Of a stretch of DNA of 64,000 bases, positions 1 through 11,429 are shown one piece after another (positions within the stretch are counted from its first letter, which is position 1; each line of letters begins with the position of its first letter). Source of the DNA: Carcharhinus longimanus. Taxonomy: Eukaryota. The position numbers and the translations under genes were made by a program. The stretch covers positions 51,639,263 to 51,703,262 of the forward strand of contig JASCQW010000109.1 in the NCBI GenBank assembly GCA_030264375.1, written 5' to 3'. The notes below the pieces were generated by a model. That model was given only the letters and a program-made list of their open reading frames with translations. It did no database searches and was not told where the DNA came from.

Positions 1-293
1 CCTGGGTTTGATTCCCGGCTTGGGTCACTGTCTGTGTGGAGTTTGCACATTCTCCTTGTGTCTGTGTGGGTTTCCTCTGCGTGCTCTGGTTTCCTCCTAC
101 AGTCCAAAGATGTGCGGGTTAGGTTGATTGGCCATGCTAAAATTGCCACATCGTGCCCTGAGATGGATATGTTAGCGGGATTAACTGGTAAATGTATAGG
201 GATATTGGGGTGGGCCTGTGTGGGATTGTGGTCGGTGCAGACTCAATGAGCCAGAAGGCCTCTTTCTGCACTGTAGGGTTTCTTTGATTCTAT
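1..293 (+). mobile_element. HE1-like V-SINE with CR1-type tail, cut by the window edge
   Basis: B-box-like ggtttgattcc, V-domain gtgtggagtttgcacattctcc...gggttaggttgattgg, tail ggcctctttctgcactgtaggg...attctatg. Confidence 0.85.
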
Positions 294-1429
294 GAAGCCC
301 TTCCTCCTCACCACCTCCCTCTATTAGTTTAGAAACCTCATTAAAACGGCTCAGTATTCTGGGAGCAAACTATCTCATGAGAGGCCCACATTGCATATTG
401 CACCAACGTAGAAGAATTTCACGATTATCCCTGCTCCCTCGCCAGCGATGGAGTTCCAGCGTAAAACATCGTGAACGCCATTACAGTGCATTTACATAAT
501 GTTATTAAGCCTGTGCACTGAATCATCCCCCGCAGAGGGCAGATTGGAGTGAATTATGACTGGTCTCCCATGGTGTGGACCTGACAGGCAGATCTCCCAG
601 AGGAGTTCAGGTGAATGCATCATCCAGGAGAGGGGAGGATCATGCCTGGGCACTGCCTAGGCACTTAAACCTGGCACTGTTACATTGTGGGACCCACCCC
701 TTGAAGTTTTGTGTTCTGTGTTCTTAATGATATGGAGGAGAAAACCACCATTGTGAATGGCTTCAATGCCACGTTCCCCACCTGCTGTTGCAATCTGCCA
801 AATGCAGGTAAAATTCTCCCCAGTGTATCTGTATTTTGTATTGTTTGTAGCTGCGCTACCTTTATTAGAACCCTGTGCCCTACTTACCACAATCCAACGT
901 TTCAAGTTACCTCAGAATAAACATGGCACTTAATAAATCTTGACTTTGTATCGAATGAATAATTCTGACGCATGTCAGGTTACAGAAAGTACCCAGAGCT
1001 AGAAACCGTAGCAGGAACATTAGAAAAAATTGTGCCTATGGCTTTAATACAAAAAAATGAACAACTGTGTATTGCTCATAAAGTAAATATCCACTTACAA
1101 GATACATTGATTAAAATGCAAAAACTGAAGGAAATGCCTGAAGCTGGAAGTACCACCTAGGTTTGGTTTAAATTTCACTGAAATAGTTAAGGACTGTTTT
1201 GTGTGTGTAGGACTATTAGACAACACAGAACAAATTATTCCCAGCCATGGTGTCAATAGCATCTCATGGAAAGTCCCCATATCATGAATTTTCCCATCCT
1301 ACCTGCCATGGGAATTATAGTGGGCGGGACAGGACCATGCAAAGATCTATTAACCTTGGGGGCAGGATTTTCTCATCTTGGGTGAATGTGGCTGGAAAAT
1401 CCCACCCTGTATCTTTAGCAAGCCATCAG

Positions 1430-2140
1430 GGAAATTGCAAATGCTCTCAATCTATTGCCATCCAGACAACAACCTACCTTCTGCTTTTGTTACCAAAGGG
1501 TACCACACATTTATTCACATTATACTACAATTGCCATGCATTTGTCCACTCAATCATCTTGCCTCAATCACACTGAAGCACCTATGCACCCTCCTCAAAG
1601 CTCACCCCACTACCCAGCATTTTTTCACCTGCAAATTTGGAGATATTATATTTAGCTTCCTTATCAAAGTCATTAATATACATTGTTAATATTTGGGATC
1701 CTAGCAGAAATCCCTGTGGTCCCCCACTAATCACTGCCTGCCACCTGTTTATTCCTACACTTTGCTCACTGTCTGACAATCAGTTTTTCTGTCCATCTCA
1801 ATACACTACCTCCAATCCCATGTGCTTTAATTTTGCACACTGGTCTCTTGTAGAGGACCTTGTCAAAAGTCTTCCGAAAGTCCAAATAAACCAGATCCAC
1901 TGGATCCACCTCACCAAGTCCGTGAGTTATATCCCCAAAGAATTCCAGTAAATTTGTCAAGCATGATTTCCCTTTTGTAAATTCACGCTGACTCTGCACT
2001 GTTTTCCAACTGTCCTGCTATTAAATCATTGATAATGCGCTCTGGCATTTTTCCAACTCCTGATACCAGGATTACTGGTCGATAATTCCTTATTTTTGCT
2101 CTACCTCCCTTTTTGAATAATAAGCTTACATTAGCTACCC
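1430..2140 (-). mobile_element. CR1 LINE ORF2 reverse-transcriptase fragment
   Basis: Minus ORFs encode FTKGKSCLTNLLEFF...VDLVYLDFRKTFDKV and GPQGFLLGSQILTMYINDFD...ISKFA. Confidence 0.9.
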
Positions 2141-2282
2141 TGAGCACTAAATTCTCTGTCCTCGCTTGCAGCAGCAGCTGGGTGTGATGGCCAGAGAATT
2201 CCCAGCCATTATCATTTTGGCCCTTTTTAAAAACTGACTGGAAAAGCTCCTATAGGTCTTTAAAGGGGAAAAAAAAATCAAT

Positions 2283-2570
2283 GAAGACAAATGTAGGTTC
2301 CTTACAGTCAAAAACAGATGAATTTATAATGAGAAACAAAGAAATGACTGACCAACTAAATACATACTTTGGTTCTGTCTTCACAAAGGAGGATACAAAT
2401 AATGCGTCCAAAATGTTGGGGAACTCAGGGTTTATTTAGTGAGATAAAGGAACTGAAAAATATCAGTATTAGCAGGAAATTGATGGGATTGAAGGCTGAC
2501 AAATCCCCAGGGCCTGAAAACTTACATCACAGACAACTTAAGGAAGTGGCCTGAGAAATAATGGATGCAT
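2283..2570 (+). mobile_element. CR1 LINE ORF2 fragment
   Basis: Encodes KLMGLKADKSPGPENLHHRQLKEVA, typical of CR1 just upstream of the RT domain. Confidence 0.8.
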
Positions 2571-2894
2571 AAGAACATAAGAAATAGGAGCAGGAGTAGG
2601 CCATCTAGCCCTTCGAGCCTGCCCCGCCATTCAATAAGANNNNNNNNNNNNNNNNNNNNNNNNNNNNNNNNNNNNNNNNNNNNNNNNNNNNNNNNNNNNN
2701 NNNNNNNNNNNNNNNNNNNNNNNNNNNNNNNNNNNNNNNAATGATAATGGCTGGGAATTCTCTGGCCATCACACCCAGCTGCTGCTGCAAGCGAGGACAG
2801 AGAATTTAGTGCTCAGCCAAATCTCTGTTCCCTGCAACAGGTCCAGATTATTCCAGTGGCTTGCATCCTAGAATCTGAAAAGAAGTGACTTTAA

Positions 2895-3872
2895 TGATAA
2901 TGGATGCATTGGTTGTAATTTTACAAAAATCATTGCATTCTGGAGAAGTAATAGTGAATTGGAAAACTGCCAATGTGACACCCCTATTCAAGAAGGAGGG
3001 AGGCAATAATCAGATAGCTATAGGCTGAGTAGGTTGGCATCTATTGTTGGACAAATGATGGCATCAATCATTAAGGAAGTAATAGCAGCACATTTGGAAA
3101 ATCATAGCGTCATCAAGTAGAGTTAGCATGGCTTCATGAAAGGGAAATCATATCTGACTTATTTATTAGAGTTTTTTGAGGAAATCTCAACCAGTGTGGA
3201 TTGAGGGGAACCAGTAGCTGTGTTGTATTTGGAGTTCCAGAAGGTATTTGACAAGGTACCTCACATAAGTTTAAGTCATAGGATAGTGGCACATGGGTTT
3301 GGAGATATTGGCATGGATAGAGAATTGACTAATGGTCAGGAAACAGTGACTAGGAGTAAGGGATTCTTTATCAAGTTGGTGACCTGTAACCGGTGCATTC
3401 AACATGGATCAATCCTGGGACCACAACTGTTTACAATACATATTAGTGACTTGGAGGAAGGAAGCAAATGCCAAAATTGCAGGTGACCTAGGTAGAAAAG
3501 GCAAGTTGCGAGAGAGATACAGTTTACAAATATTGATAATTTAAGTAAGTGGGCAAAAAGTTGGCAAATGGAGTATAATGTGGGAAAATGTGAAGTTATT
3601 CATTTTGGAAGGCAGAGCAAAGAATAATATTATTTAAGTGGAGAAAAACTGCAGAAAGCTCAGCACAAAGGGACTTGGGGATACGTACACATGAAACACA
3701 GAAGATTAGCGCACAGATACAGTAGGTAATGAGGAAGGCTAATGGAATATTGGCCCTTATTTCAAGGGTATTGGAGTACAGGAGTAGAGAAGTCTTGCTG
3801 CAACTGTACAAGGTACTGGTGAGACCACATCTGGAGTAAAGTGAGCAGTTTTGGTTCTCTTATTTAAGGAAA
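2895..3872 (+). mobile_element. CR1 LINE ORF2 fragment
   Basis: Encodes LYLEFQKVFDKVPH...GSILGPQLFTIHISDL, then degenerate WAKSWQMEYNVGKCEV and LVRPHLE motifs. Confidence 0.9.
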
Positions 3873-4411
3873 GCAGATGCTATTCTTTTACTCTGTTCAA
3901 GATATTCATGATTTTGGCCATCTCTAATCAATTCACCCCCTTAACATTCTCTGCCCCAATGACCCCATTCTAAAGTACACATATTTTCAGCAGATATCTA
4001 TCTTCCATACATCCACTCTCTGTTAAGAAAGCTTTTCTGAATTTTGGTTTCCTACTGTATCTCAGTTGATCACACTGTTTCCTCTGGCAGATGGCTATTG
4101 GTTAAAAATTCCACTCAGTGGAGCATATTCAGGCTATACAACAGGGATTATACCTCAAAAAAGCACATCAGGTACATTTGAAAAGTAGTATACAAGTGCA
4201 AGTCTTCCTTTCAAATATATACCTATCTTCCAGACTCTATTAATGAGATAAGTTGGCTGGCCAAGCCTCCACAGTACTTAGGACCTGCAAAGCCCAGAGG
4301 AATAATTTGCTTCCGATTTTCCATTGTCAGGTACGTCATGTTGGAGCTATACACTCAAACATGCCCTATTTAGCTGTTCTGTGAATGTGGCAGGATCCAC
4401 ATTTGTAATGA

Positions 4412-4646
4412 TGTTTGCATGTTCTCCCCGTGTCTGCGTGGGTTTCCTCTGGGTGCTCTGCGTTCCTCCCACAGTCCAAAGATATGCGGGTTAGGTTGAT
4501 TGGTCATGCTCAATTGCTCTTTAATGTCAAGGGGATGAGCAGGGTTTATATATGGAGTTCCAGGGATAGGGCCTTTATGGTATTGTTGCAGGCACAATGG
4601 GCCGAATGGCGGCCTCCTGCACTGTAGAGATTCTATGATTCCATGA
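4412..4646 (+). mobile_element. HE1-like V-SINE, 5'-truncated
   Basis: V-domain plus tail atgggccgaatggc...gcactgtagagattctatgattccatg. Confidence 0.85.
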
Positions 4647-5072
4647 CTTTCTTTACAGGAGAGAAGGTTTTTCATAGGAGTGAGGTTTCTTTATCTGGTG
4701 TGTCTATAGTCTCACCTGTGGTAGTTTGTGGTGGCACATTTCTGAGTGAGTGCTGGTAATGGTACTGGAATTGAAAACATGCTGTTACACAAGGCAACCT
4801 TGTAACGTGGCTGTTTGCAGTCAGGCTCCAGTGACAGCAAAATCAAAATGACTTTACTGCATTCCTGCCCCAATTTTCCATTAAAACTGCGACAGGGACA
4901 GGTTCTGGGACACATGAAAGGTGGGTGCACCCCGACACTGAAGTTAAATAGGTCAGGAAATGTAAAATGAAGGCCGCGACTGCACAAGACTTGCACATTG
5001 AGTCAAAGGTTAGCTTTCTTAGTTTGTTGTTGTTTTAAGAGAGCAACCCTCCATTCTTTGGATAAATATTCC

Positions 5073-5249
5073 ATGGAATCCAATGAATCCCTACAGTGCA
5101 GAAGAAGGCTAGTTGGCCCATGAAGCCTGCACTGACAACAATCCCACTAAGCCCTATACTCATAAACCCATGTATTTATTTACCTTGTTAGTCTCCCTGG
5201 CATTAATGGGTAACTTCGCATGGCCAATCAACCTAATCCGCATATCTTT
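5073..5249 (-). mobile_element. HE1-like SINE 3' fragment
   Basis: Reverse complement of the SINE tail (gaatccctacagtgcagaagaaggc...ggccaatcaacctaatccgcatatcttt). Confidence 0.75.
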
Positions 5250-5374
5250 CGTCTCAACTATAAAACTGACCTTATTCAGCCCCTGGAAGCTGTTTTAAAT
5301 TAATAAATAAAAGTTTACTCCCTTCTCTTAAATTTATCAGCAACAGCTAGACTGCAAAGCACTGCCATATTAAA

Positions 5375-5455
5375 TGAGGTAGAGATGCCGGCGTTGGACT
5401 GGGGTAAACACAGTAAGAAGTCTCACAACACCAGGTTAGAGTCCAACCAGTTTAT
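5375..5455. mobile_element. Penelope-like palindromic element, one arm running into a gap
   Basis: gagatgccggcgttggactggggtaaacacagtaagaagtctcacaacaccaggttagagtccaaccagtttat is nearly identical to 6652-6725. Confidence 0.75.
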
Positions 5456-5555
5456 NNNNNNNNNNNNNNNNNNNNNNNNNNNNNNNNNNNNNNNNNNNNN
5501 NNNNNNNNNNNNNNNNNNNNNNNNNNNNNNNNNNNNNNNNNNNNNNNNNNNNNNN

Positions 5556-5806
5556 TGCACCAACCACAATTCTATCCAGTCCCTATCCCTATAACCCCAT
5601 GCATTTACCCAAGCTAGCCCCCTGACACTAAGGGGCAATCTAGCAGGGCCAATCAACCTAACCCACACATCTTTGGATAAACCTGTGGGACTTTAATCTG
5701 ATGTTGTGAGACTTCTTACAGTGGGAGGAAACCAGAGCACCTGGAGGAAACCCATGCAGACATGGGGAGAATGTGCAAACCTCACACAGACTGTGACCCA
5801 AGCTGA
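5556..5806 (-). mobile_element. HE1-like V-SINE interrupted at about 5677-5720 by a piece of the Penelope-like element
   Basis: Reverse-complement V-domain split by ataaacctgtgggactttaatctgatgttgtgagacttcttac. Confidence 0.75.
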
Positions 5807-6449
5807 GATTCTTTTTTTTAAATTCATTTGTGGTACATGGACATCACTGGCTGACCAGTGTTTATTGCCCATCCTTAATTGTCCGAGAGCAGTTGCGAGT
5901 GGCTCTGGAGTGATATGTAGGCCAGAACAGGTAAAGATGGCAGATTTCCTTCCTTAAAGGACATTAGTGAACCTCTAAACAGGATTACAAATGTTTCTCA
6001 AATCATTAGTTGCACCTGTGATAAAATCGGAGATTTCTTAATTTAGTTTTCATGAAATATTTATCAGTGGAAGGACTGGGCTGTGTATCAGGTGTCATTA
6101 ACATCTTGCAGATTTATATTTCCAACACATTTCAATTTTTTTATCTGCTTTTTCAAACTATTTATTCCCACATGAATGTGTCAAAGGAATATAATTACCC
6201 TTTAAGCGTTAGAGAATATTGAAAAGATTTAACCTTTTGATTATAATTTCCAGCTTTGTGACAATTGAGTAGATTCAAACATTGAATTCAGCTACAATTA
6301 CCCATTCAAGTTTTCACCACAGGAACATCGATGAAAATGTAATTAATTTTGCAAGAAAATGTGTGCATGTGATTTGGATTTTAATAATGATTTAAGATAA
6401 AAAATCAATTTGGCAACATTTCCTCCTCAGCATAATTTTTTCTTTTTTT

Positions 6450-6645
6450 AAAAATACAAGATGTGGGCATTGCTGGCTAGACCAGCATTTATTGCCCATC
6501 CCTTGTTGCCCTCGAGAAGGTGGTGTGGAGCTGCTGCTCTGAGCCACTGCAGACCCTGAGGTGTAGGTTCATCTACAGTGCTGTTAGGGACAGAGTCCCA
6601 GGATCTTGACCCAGTGACCATGAAGGAATGCCGACATATATCCAA
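6450..6645 (-). mobile_element. LINE (CR1/L2 group) 3' end
   Basis: Reverse complement of the same tail seen at 57640-57815 and 62740-62915 (gggcaataaatgctggtctagccagcaatgcccacatc). Confidence 0.7.
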
Positions 6646-6881
6646 GATGTAGAGATGCAGATGTTGGACTGGGGTAAACACAGTAAGAAGTCTCACAACA
6701 CCAGGTTAGAGTCCAACCAGTTTATTTGATAGTAATCCCACAAGGTTTTGGAAACAGTGTTCCTTTGTCAGGTATGTGCCTTCCACAACCTGACGAAGGA
6801 ACGCTGTTTCCGAAAGCTTGTGAGATTATTTTCAAATAAACTGGTTGGACTCTAACCTGGTGTTGTGACACTTCTTACTGT
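6646..6881. mobile_element. Palindromic Penelope-like insert (arms 6680-6773 and 6788-6881)
   Basis: Two ~94 bp inverted arms around a 14-nt loop. Same family at 5375, 46466, 54263 and 61353. Confidence 0.8.
6786..6823 (+). ncRNA. Minimal type I hammerhead-ribozyme motif (Penelope-type)
   Basis: CTGACGA (6790-6796), one extra A, stem II GGAA/TTCC, GAAA (6812-6815), palindromic AGCT stem III, CUU triplet with predicted cleavage after 6819. Stem I is weak in this copy (CAAC vs GTGA). Confidence 0.55.
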
Positions 6882-7699
6882 ATTAAATGAGACCAGACAA
6901 CAAGCTACTGTACCTGCATTTACATTTCAGCCACAAGCCTGCTCAAGCTGATTGCATCAGTGGATCACCACCGTTCTACATGTCTAAATATTGGATGATT
7001 TATGTTAAAGACAGTAACCATTGCAAACAGATCATGCAGCTGTGCTCATTTTGTATAAAGAAATCCATGAAGCTCTTGGCTTTTTGCAGCATCTAGCATT
7101 TCATGGATCCCAAGAGTAGAGGATGAAAGCATGGAAAACTAATACTTGGCCCTGAAAAATCATCTACAGGGGCACTGTAGGCTTGGCAACAGAAGATCAA
7201 CCTATGTCCACTGATGCCAATATCAGTGATTTTCCAGCATCTTCTACTCTTATTTCAGCATTTGCTATTTCTTTTAGACTGCTCAGTTTTTGGCTGTTTT
7301 CACTGCAATAGCATTGCTTTCAAATGTTTGTTAACTACTTTTCATAGCAGCAAGAGGTTTTCTGCTCTTGGAGTTCTGTACAGTTGCTGTTTTCAAGCCA
7401 CATCATTGCCTGGAGACCAGAACTCGAGGAATCACCAAACACGTCTACAATCAAAATAGCAGCCAGGAGAAATCAGTCAACCAACTGATGATCCCCTAAG
7501 TATCATTGGGCGGGCAGCAGTTCCTCCTTGCTGCTGAACAGAATTGTACTGCTAACATCAAACCAGCAGTGCACGCGCATGCACACACACACACACTGAT
7601 GCCACAATCTACCCATTGTATACGTTCAACAGACACCCCCTGCATGTAACATGTAGCTATCCTTACCAAAATGCCATCCCCTGCCATTATACAAATTCT

Positions 7700-7983
7700 G
7701 GGCAGCATGATGGCATAGTTGCCTCACAGCGCCGGGGACCCAGATCCAATTCCCAGCTTGGGTCACTGTCTGTGTGGAGTCTGCACATTCCCCCTGTGTC
7801 TGCGCGGGTTTCCTCCCACAATTTGAAAGACGTGCTGGTTAGGTGCATTGGCTATGCTAAATTCTCCCTCGGTGTACCCGAACAGGCGCCAGAGTATGGT
7901 GTCTAGGGGATTTTCACAGTAACTTCATTGCAGTGTTAATGTAAGCCTACTTGTGACACTAAGCAATAAATCTTAAACCTTAA
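7700..7983 (+). mobile_element. V-SINE, second subfamily (alternative 3' tail)
   Basis: tRNA-like head and V-domain, with tail ttttcacagtaacttcattgcagtgttaatgtaagcctacttgtgacact...aataaa. Confidence 0.85.
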
Positions 7984-8027
7984 AGTGGTAATGAACAAAT
8001 TGGAGATTTTACCAAGGAGGGAAGTCA

Positions 8028-8173
8028 AGGGCAGGAATTTTCCACCTATTCATGCTGGCGGGGTTCTCTGGTCCTGCTGCAGTGAACACAGATTTAGCTG
8101 AACGCCGAATTTTCCGTCCTCACTTGCAGCAGTGGTTGTGAATGGGGTGTAAATGTCTAGAAAATTCCAGCCA
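8028..8173. mobile_element. Short non-autonomous DNA transposon (MITE-like)
   Basis: Imperfect TIRs gggcaggaattttcc / agaaaattccagcc. Interior similar to 8942-9072, 18796-18917 and 2749-2860. Confidence 0.6.
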
Positions 8174-8941
8174 AGAGATTTCCCCATGAATAAGGTGGAT
8201 GATTTGCAGCTACCTGGTTTGCTCAACAGGGAGAAAGTATTGTGGCATGCTCAAATGTTACTCAATATTGATGTACAACAAGAATCCTTAATTAACTATT
8301 CCAACTATTGGCTCATCAATTGAATTGGGTAAATAATACTTCTTTTCCTAACTGAATTATTTTGTACTGTGTTTGACCTGCGATCTCGTCAGGGTAGGCT
8401 GCTGAGGATGACTTAATAGGAAACTCTATTTAGGCTGAAGTGGAATCCTGGACATAAACTGGACAGAACTGCCAAGTATGACTCAGTTAGTTTCATCCTA
8501 GCAGGGACACATTGGGCTCTGTAATCTTGACGCCTACACTTCTACAAAGGCTATTTTCACTGAGGAAAATGATTGCCTATTTCCTGCCATAAAGTATGCT
8601 TAATTTCTATCAGAATTTAAAGAGTCTTGTCCTCCTGCTTTATTTGATTAGTCTCATGTGAACTGCTTTTAAGACTTCTATCACTCTGTAACATTGCTCA
8701 GTGTGATGTGTATATAACTTACTTCCAAAAATAAGCCTATTCATCAATTAACAACCCTGATTTACTGCAAGCGACCACAAGTTCTTTTACATATACAGTT
8801 CAATACAGAAATCAGAGGCTGTTGCCTGTGATTCTACACTTCTCCATAGGATATACCGTGCCGCTGCAATGGAAATGAAATAGAAATCACTGGACTGATG
8901 AGATTTTGACATTCTATTCCATCAGTCTTGTGTAAAAGTCT

Positions 8942-9072
8942 TTGGCCGCAATTCTTTGACCTTGCCCATGGCTGGGATTCCCCAGTCCCGCTGCAGAGAT
9001 TTGGCTGAGTGTCAAATTTTCCATTCTTGCTGGCAGCAGTGGCAGGGCGTATGTCATCAAAGAATTCCAGCC
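8942..9072. mobile_element. MITE-like element, same family as 8028-8173
   Basis: ggccgcaattcttt...aaagaattccagcc, with shared core gatttggctgagtgtcaaattttcc. Confidence 0.6.
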
Positions 9073-11429
9073 TTTATCTTTTTGAGCAGCCTTCTTCTCC
9101 ACAAAATCTGGGCCTATTGTTAGATAGAGTCTGCCAAGACTGATATCCTCCCTCTGGTAATGACGTGAAATGTAATGAAGTCCTTAGTTGCCAAAGCCAG
9201 GACCCATTGTCCAATATAAACTGTATACTAAAAGCATAAGAATGTGTTCGTAGAGGGAACACAGGTTCTATGGTATAAGCTGCCTTTTGAGGTGAATTCA
9301 ACAAAGATGTATTAAAAGCAAGCCCAAATAATTACAAGTTCAGGTTAGTTGAGAAATATGCAATTTGTTACCATGAAATTCTACTGCATTGGCGGAATAA
9401 TTCAAACTGTGTTTAAAATCCTCCGGAATTTATCAACATTCAAACTTGAAAGAGGTGCTTTGTTTGTCATTTCTATAATAAGTACTTTGTTGGCAAGATA
9501 TCTCTTGGCCGTCTGACTATTGGGGATGGAATGCAATAGAAATGTTCATCACTTTCTTGAAAAGAAAAATAAAATTAGCTGTGAGCTGAAGAACAATTAA
9601 CTGGAGCCAAGACTTCAACATAATTGAAACCAGATGACAGAGAGAAACCCGTTGGTGGACCTAATCCTGTTCCAGTAAAGACAGTCAGAGGAGACAAAAT
9701 CTTGTCAGTAAAGTCTTGCGGATGTCGATTGAGAAACTTTCACAGGGATTATTTAACCCAGTGGTTGTAGCAATCTTTCCAAATTGCTTCTTGTTCCAGA
9801 GTTAACCTTGAAAATCGTTGTTCTGAAGATCTAGTTATTATATATCTTAAGGACAACACAGCAGGAGAGAGTTAGCTGGCTTGAAAGACCAGTTGAGACT
9901 GAATGTGGGGAATCACCTCAGGGGATGGAACCATCATTTGGGCAGCAGACATTCTGAAGACGTAGTGTTTGGGGCAGGAGGGAAATTATTGGCCTCTACA
10001 ATTTTTCTTGTTAATGAAAACCTTTTGTGTTCCTGATGAAGTCTGTGTGGGGCATCGTTACAATAACTTTCTCCCTGTACCTCCCGATTAACAATGTTCT
10101 TCCTGATGCGATACAATGCTGAAGTTGCTGACTCTGCAATTCCCAAGGTCAAGGTCAAATTTAGGCAGGGAACATAAAGAGCTCTGGCCAGGAAGGAAGG
10201 ACAAGGAAGTAGAGGAAGGGAAGGGAAGGAAGGAGGAATTCTTCATTAATTTAACACCTTTAAAGACGCTCAGGACTTTGTAAGATTCCTTATAGCCAAT
10301 AAGATATTCCATGGAAAATGCAGCCCAGGTAATCCATGCTCCACATGAGCCAATAATTTTGTAGGGTGGTCAGTGTCAATGGAAGTGGGTGGTCAGTGGT
10401 AATGTAGAAAACAGTTCAACTACTCACTAGATAGACTTGCTGAACCACTGGGGGAGGTTATTGAAATTCTGTTTTATGTTTCTGTAAATTATAAATCTTA
10501 TGGGTAGAACATTTCCCTCTTGCCTGTGATTGGTTTTGTGGCAGGCAGGAGTGGGAAAGTTAGAGCAAGGCCAAGTATCAGAATCCTGCTGGCAGAAAAA
10601 CAGATTGGAATTTTCCCCTCACCTCTCCAATGGCTGATCAGTGTTGGGAATGCCATTTGCAAGCATTACCCTATCACAACTGCTCATTAAACGTGCAACT
10701 CACTGGAATTAAACACCCCTTCCCCATCGTGTGCTACATGAATAGGAAATTAGACCATTTGGAATGATGTCAAGAAACAAGTGGCATGCAACTCGTGAGT
10801 GCAAGGTTCAAAACCTACCTGAGGCAGCACTGCTCTCACCAATGCCAGTGAGATGTTGCACTGGTTGGGAGGATATGGATGGTCCTACTCATTGGCCTAC
10901 CTCCATTTTCCAATAGGATGCCTTCTATGAGGCTCAGGTAAGTGTGCACTATGAGAAAGAGACTGGCATTGTGACTGAAGGGTGCAGGGGTCTATCTGAC
11001 AGTAGGGGGTGAGGCAGGATTGTAAGTGCAAGACAAATACAATGGGGGATAATGTGCAATTTTGATATTGCAGGAGTGGGAGGCGATGGTAGGCTGTGGT
11101 GAAGGTAGCTATTTGGGGGTGTTGGGGTGGGTGGCTAGAGACAATGACAGGCAGAGAGGAGACCAAGGGTGGAGAAACTGGAGCCTGAAATGGAGGACCT
11201 GAATGTAGACACAGAAGGGGTGGATGGGAATCGATCTGTATGAAAGGTGGGGGATGTACGCACACTCCGGAATGTGAGGGTGGGGAATGTATTGGGGGAT
11301 CCAAAAGAGATGGGTTGCACAGGTATTCCATAAAGCCAGGGGAGAGGAATACATGCAAGAGTAATATATGCAAGTTCTGTTATGACATAGAGCTGGGCAG
11401 CAAAATGTACTGTGAAGAAGGCACAAAGA

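Noticed and set aside
34-249. Recurrent ORFs with LHILPVSVWVSSGCSGFLPQSKD-like peptides
   Set aside because: Translations of the V-SINE core, not genes.
2141-2815. Exact 76-bp inverted repeat (2141-2216 versus 2740-2815) with CR1 pieces in opposite orientations on either side
   Set aside because: One copy abuts an N gap and identity is perfect inside an otherwise decayed element. Most likely a scaffolding or contig-orientation artefact; needs long reads.
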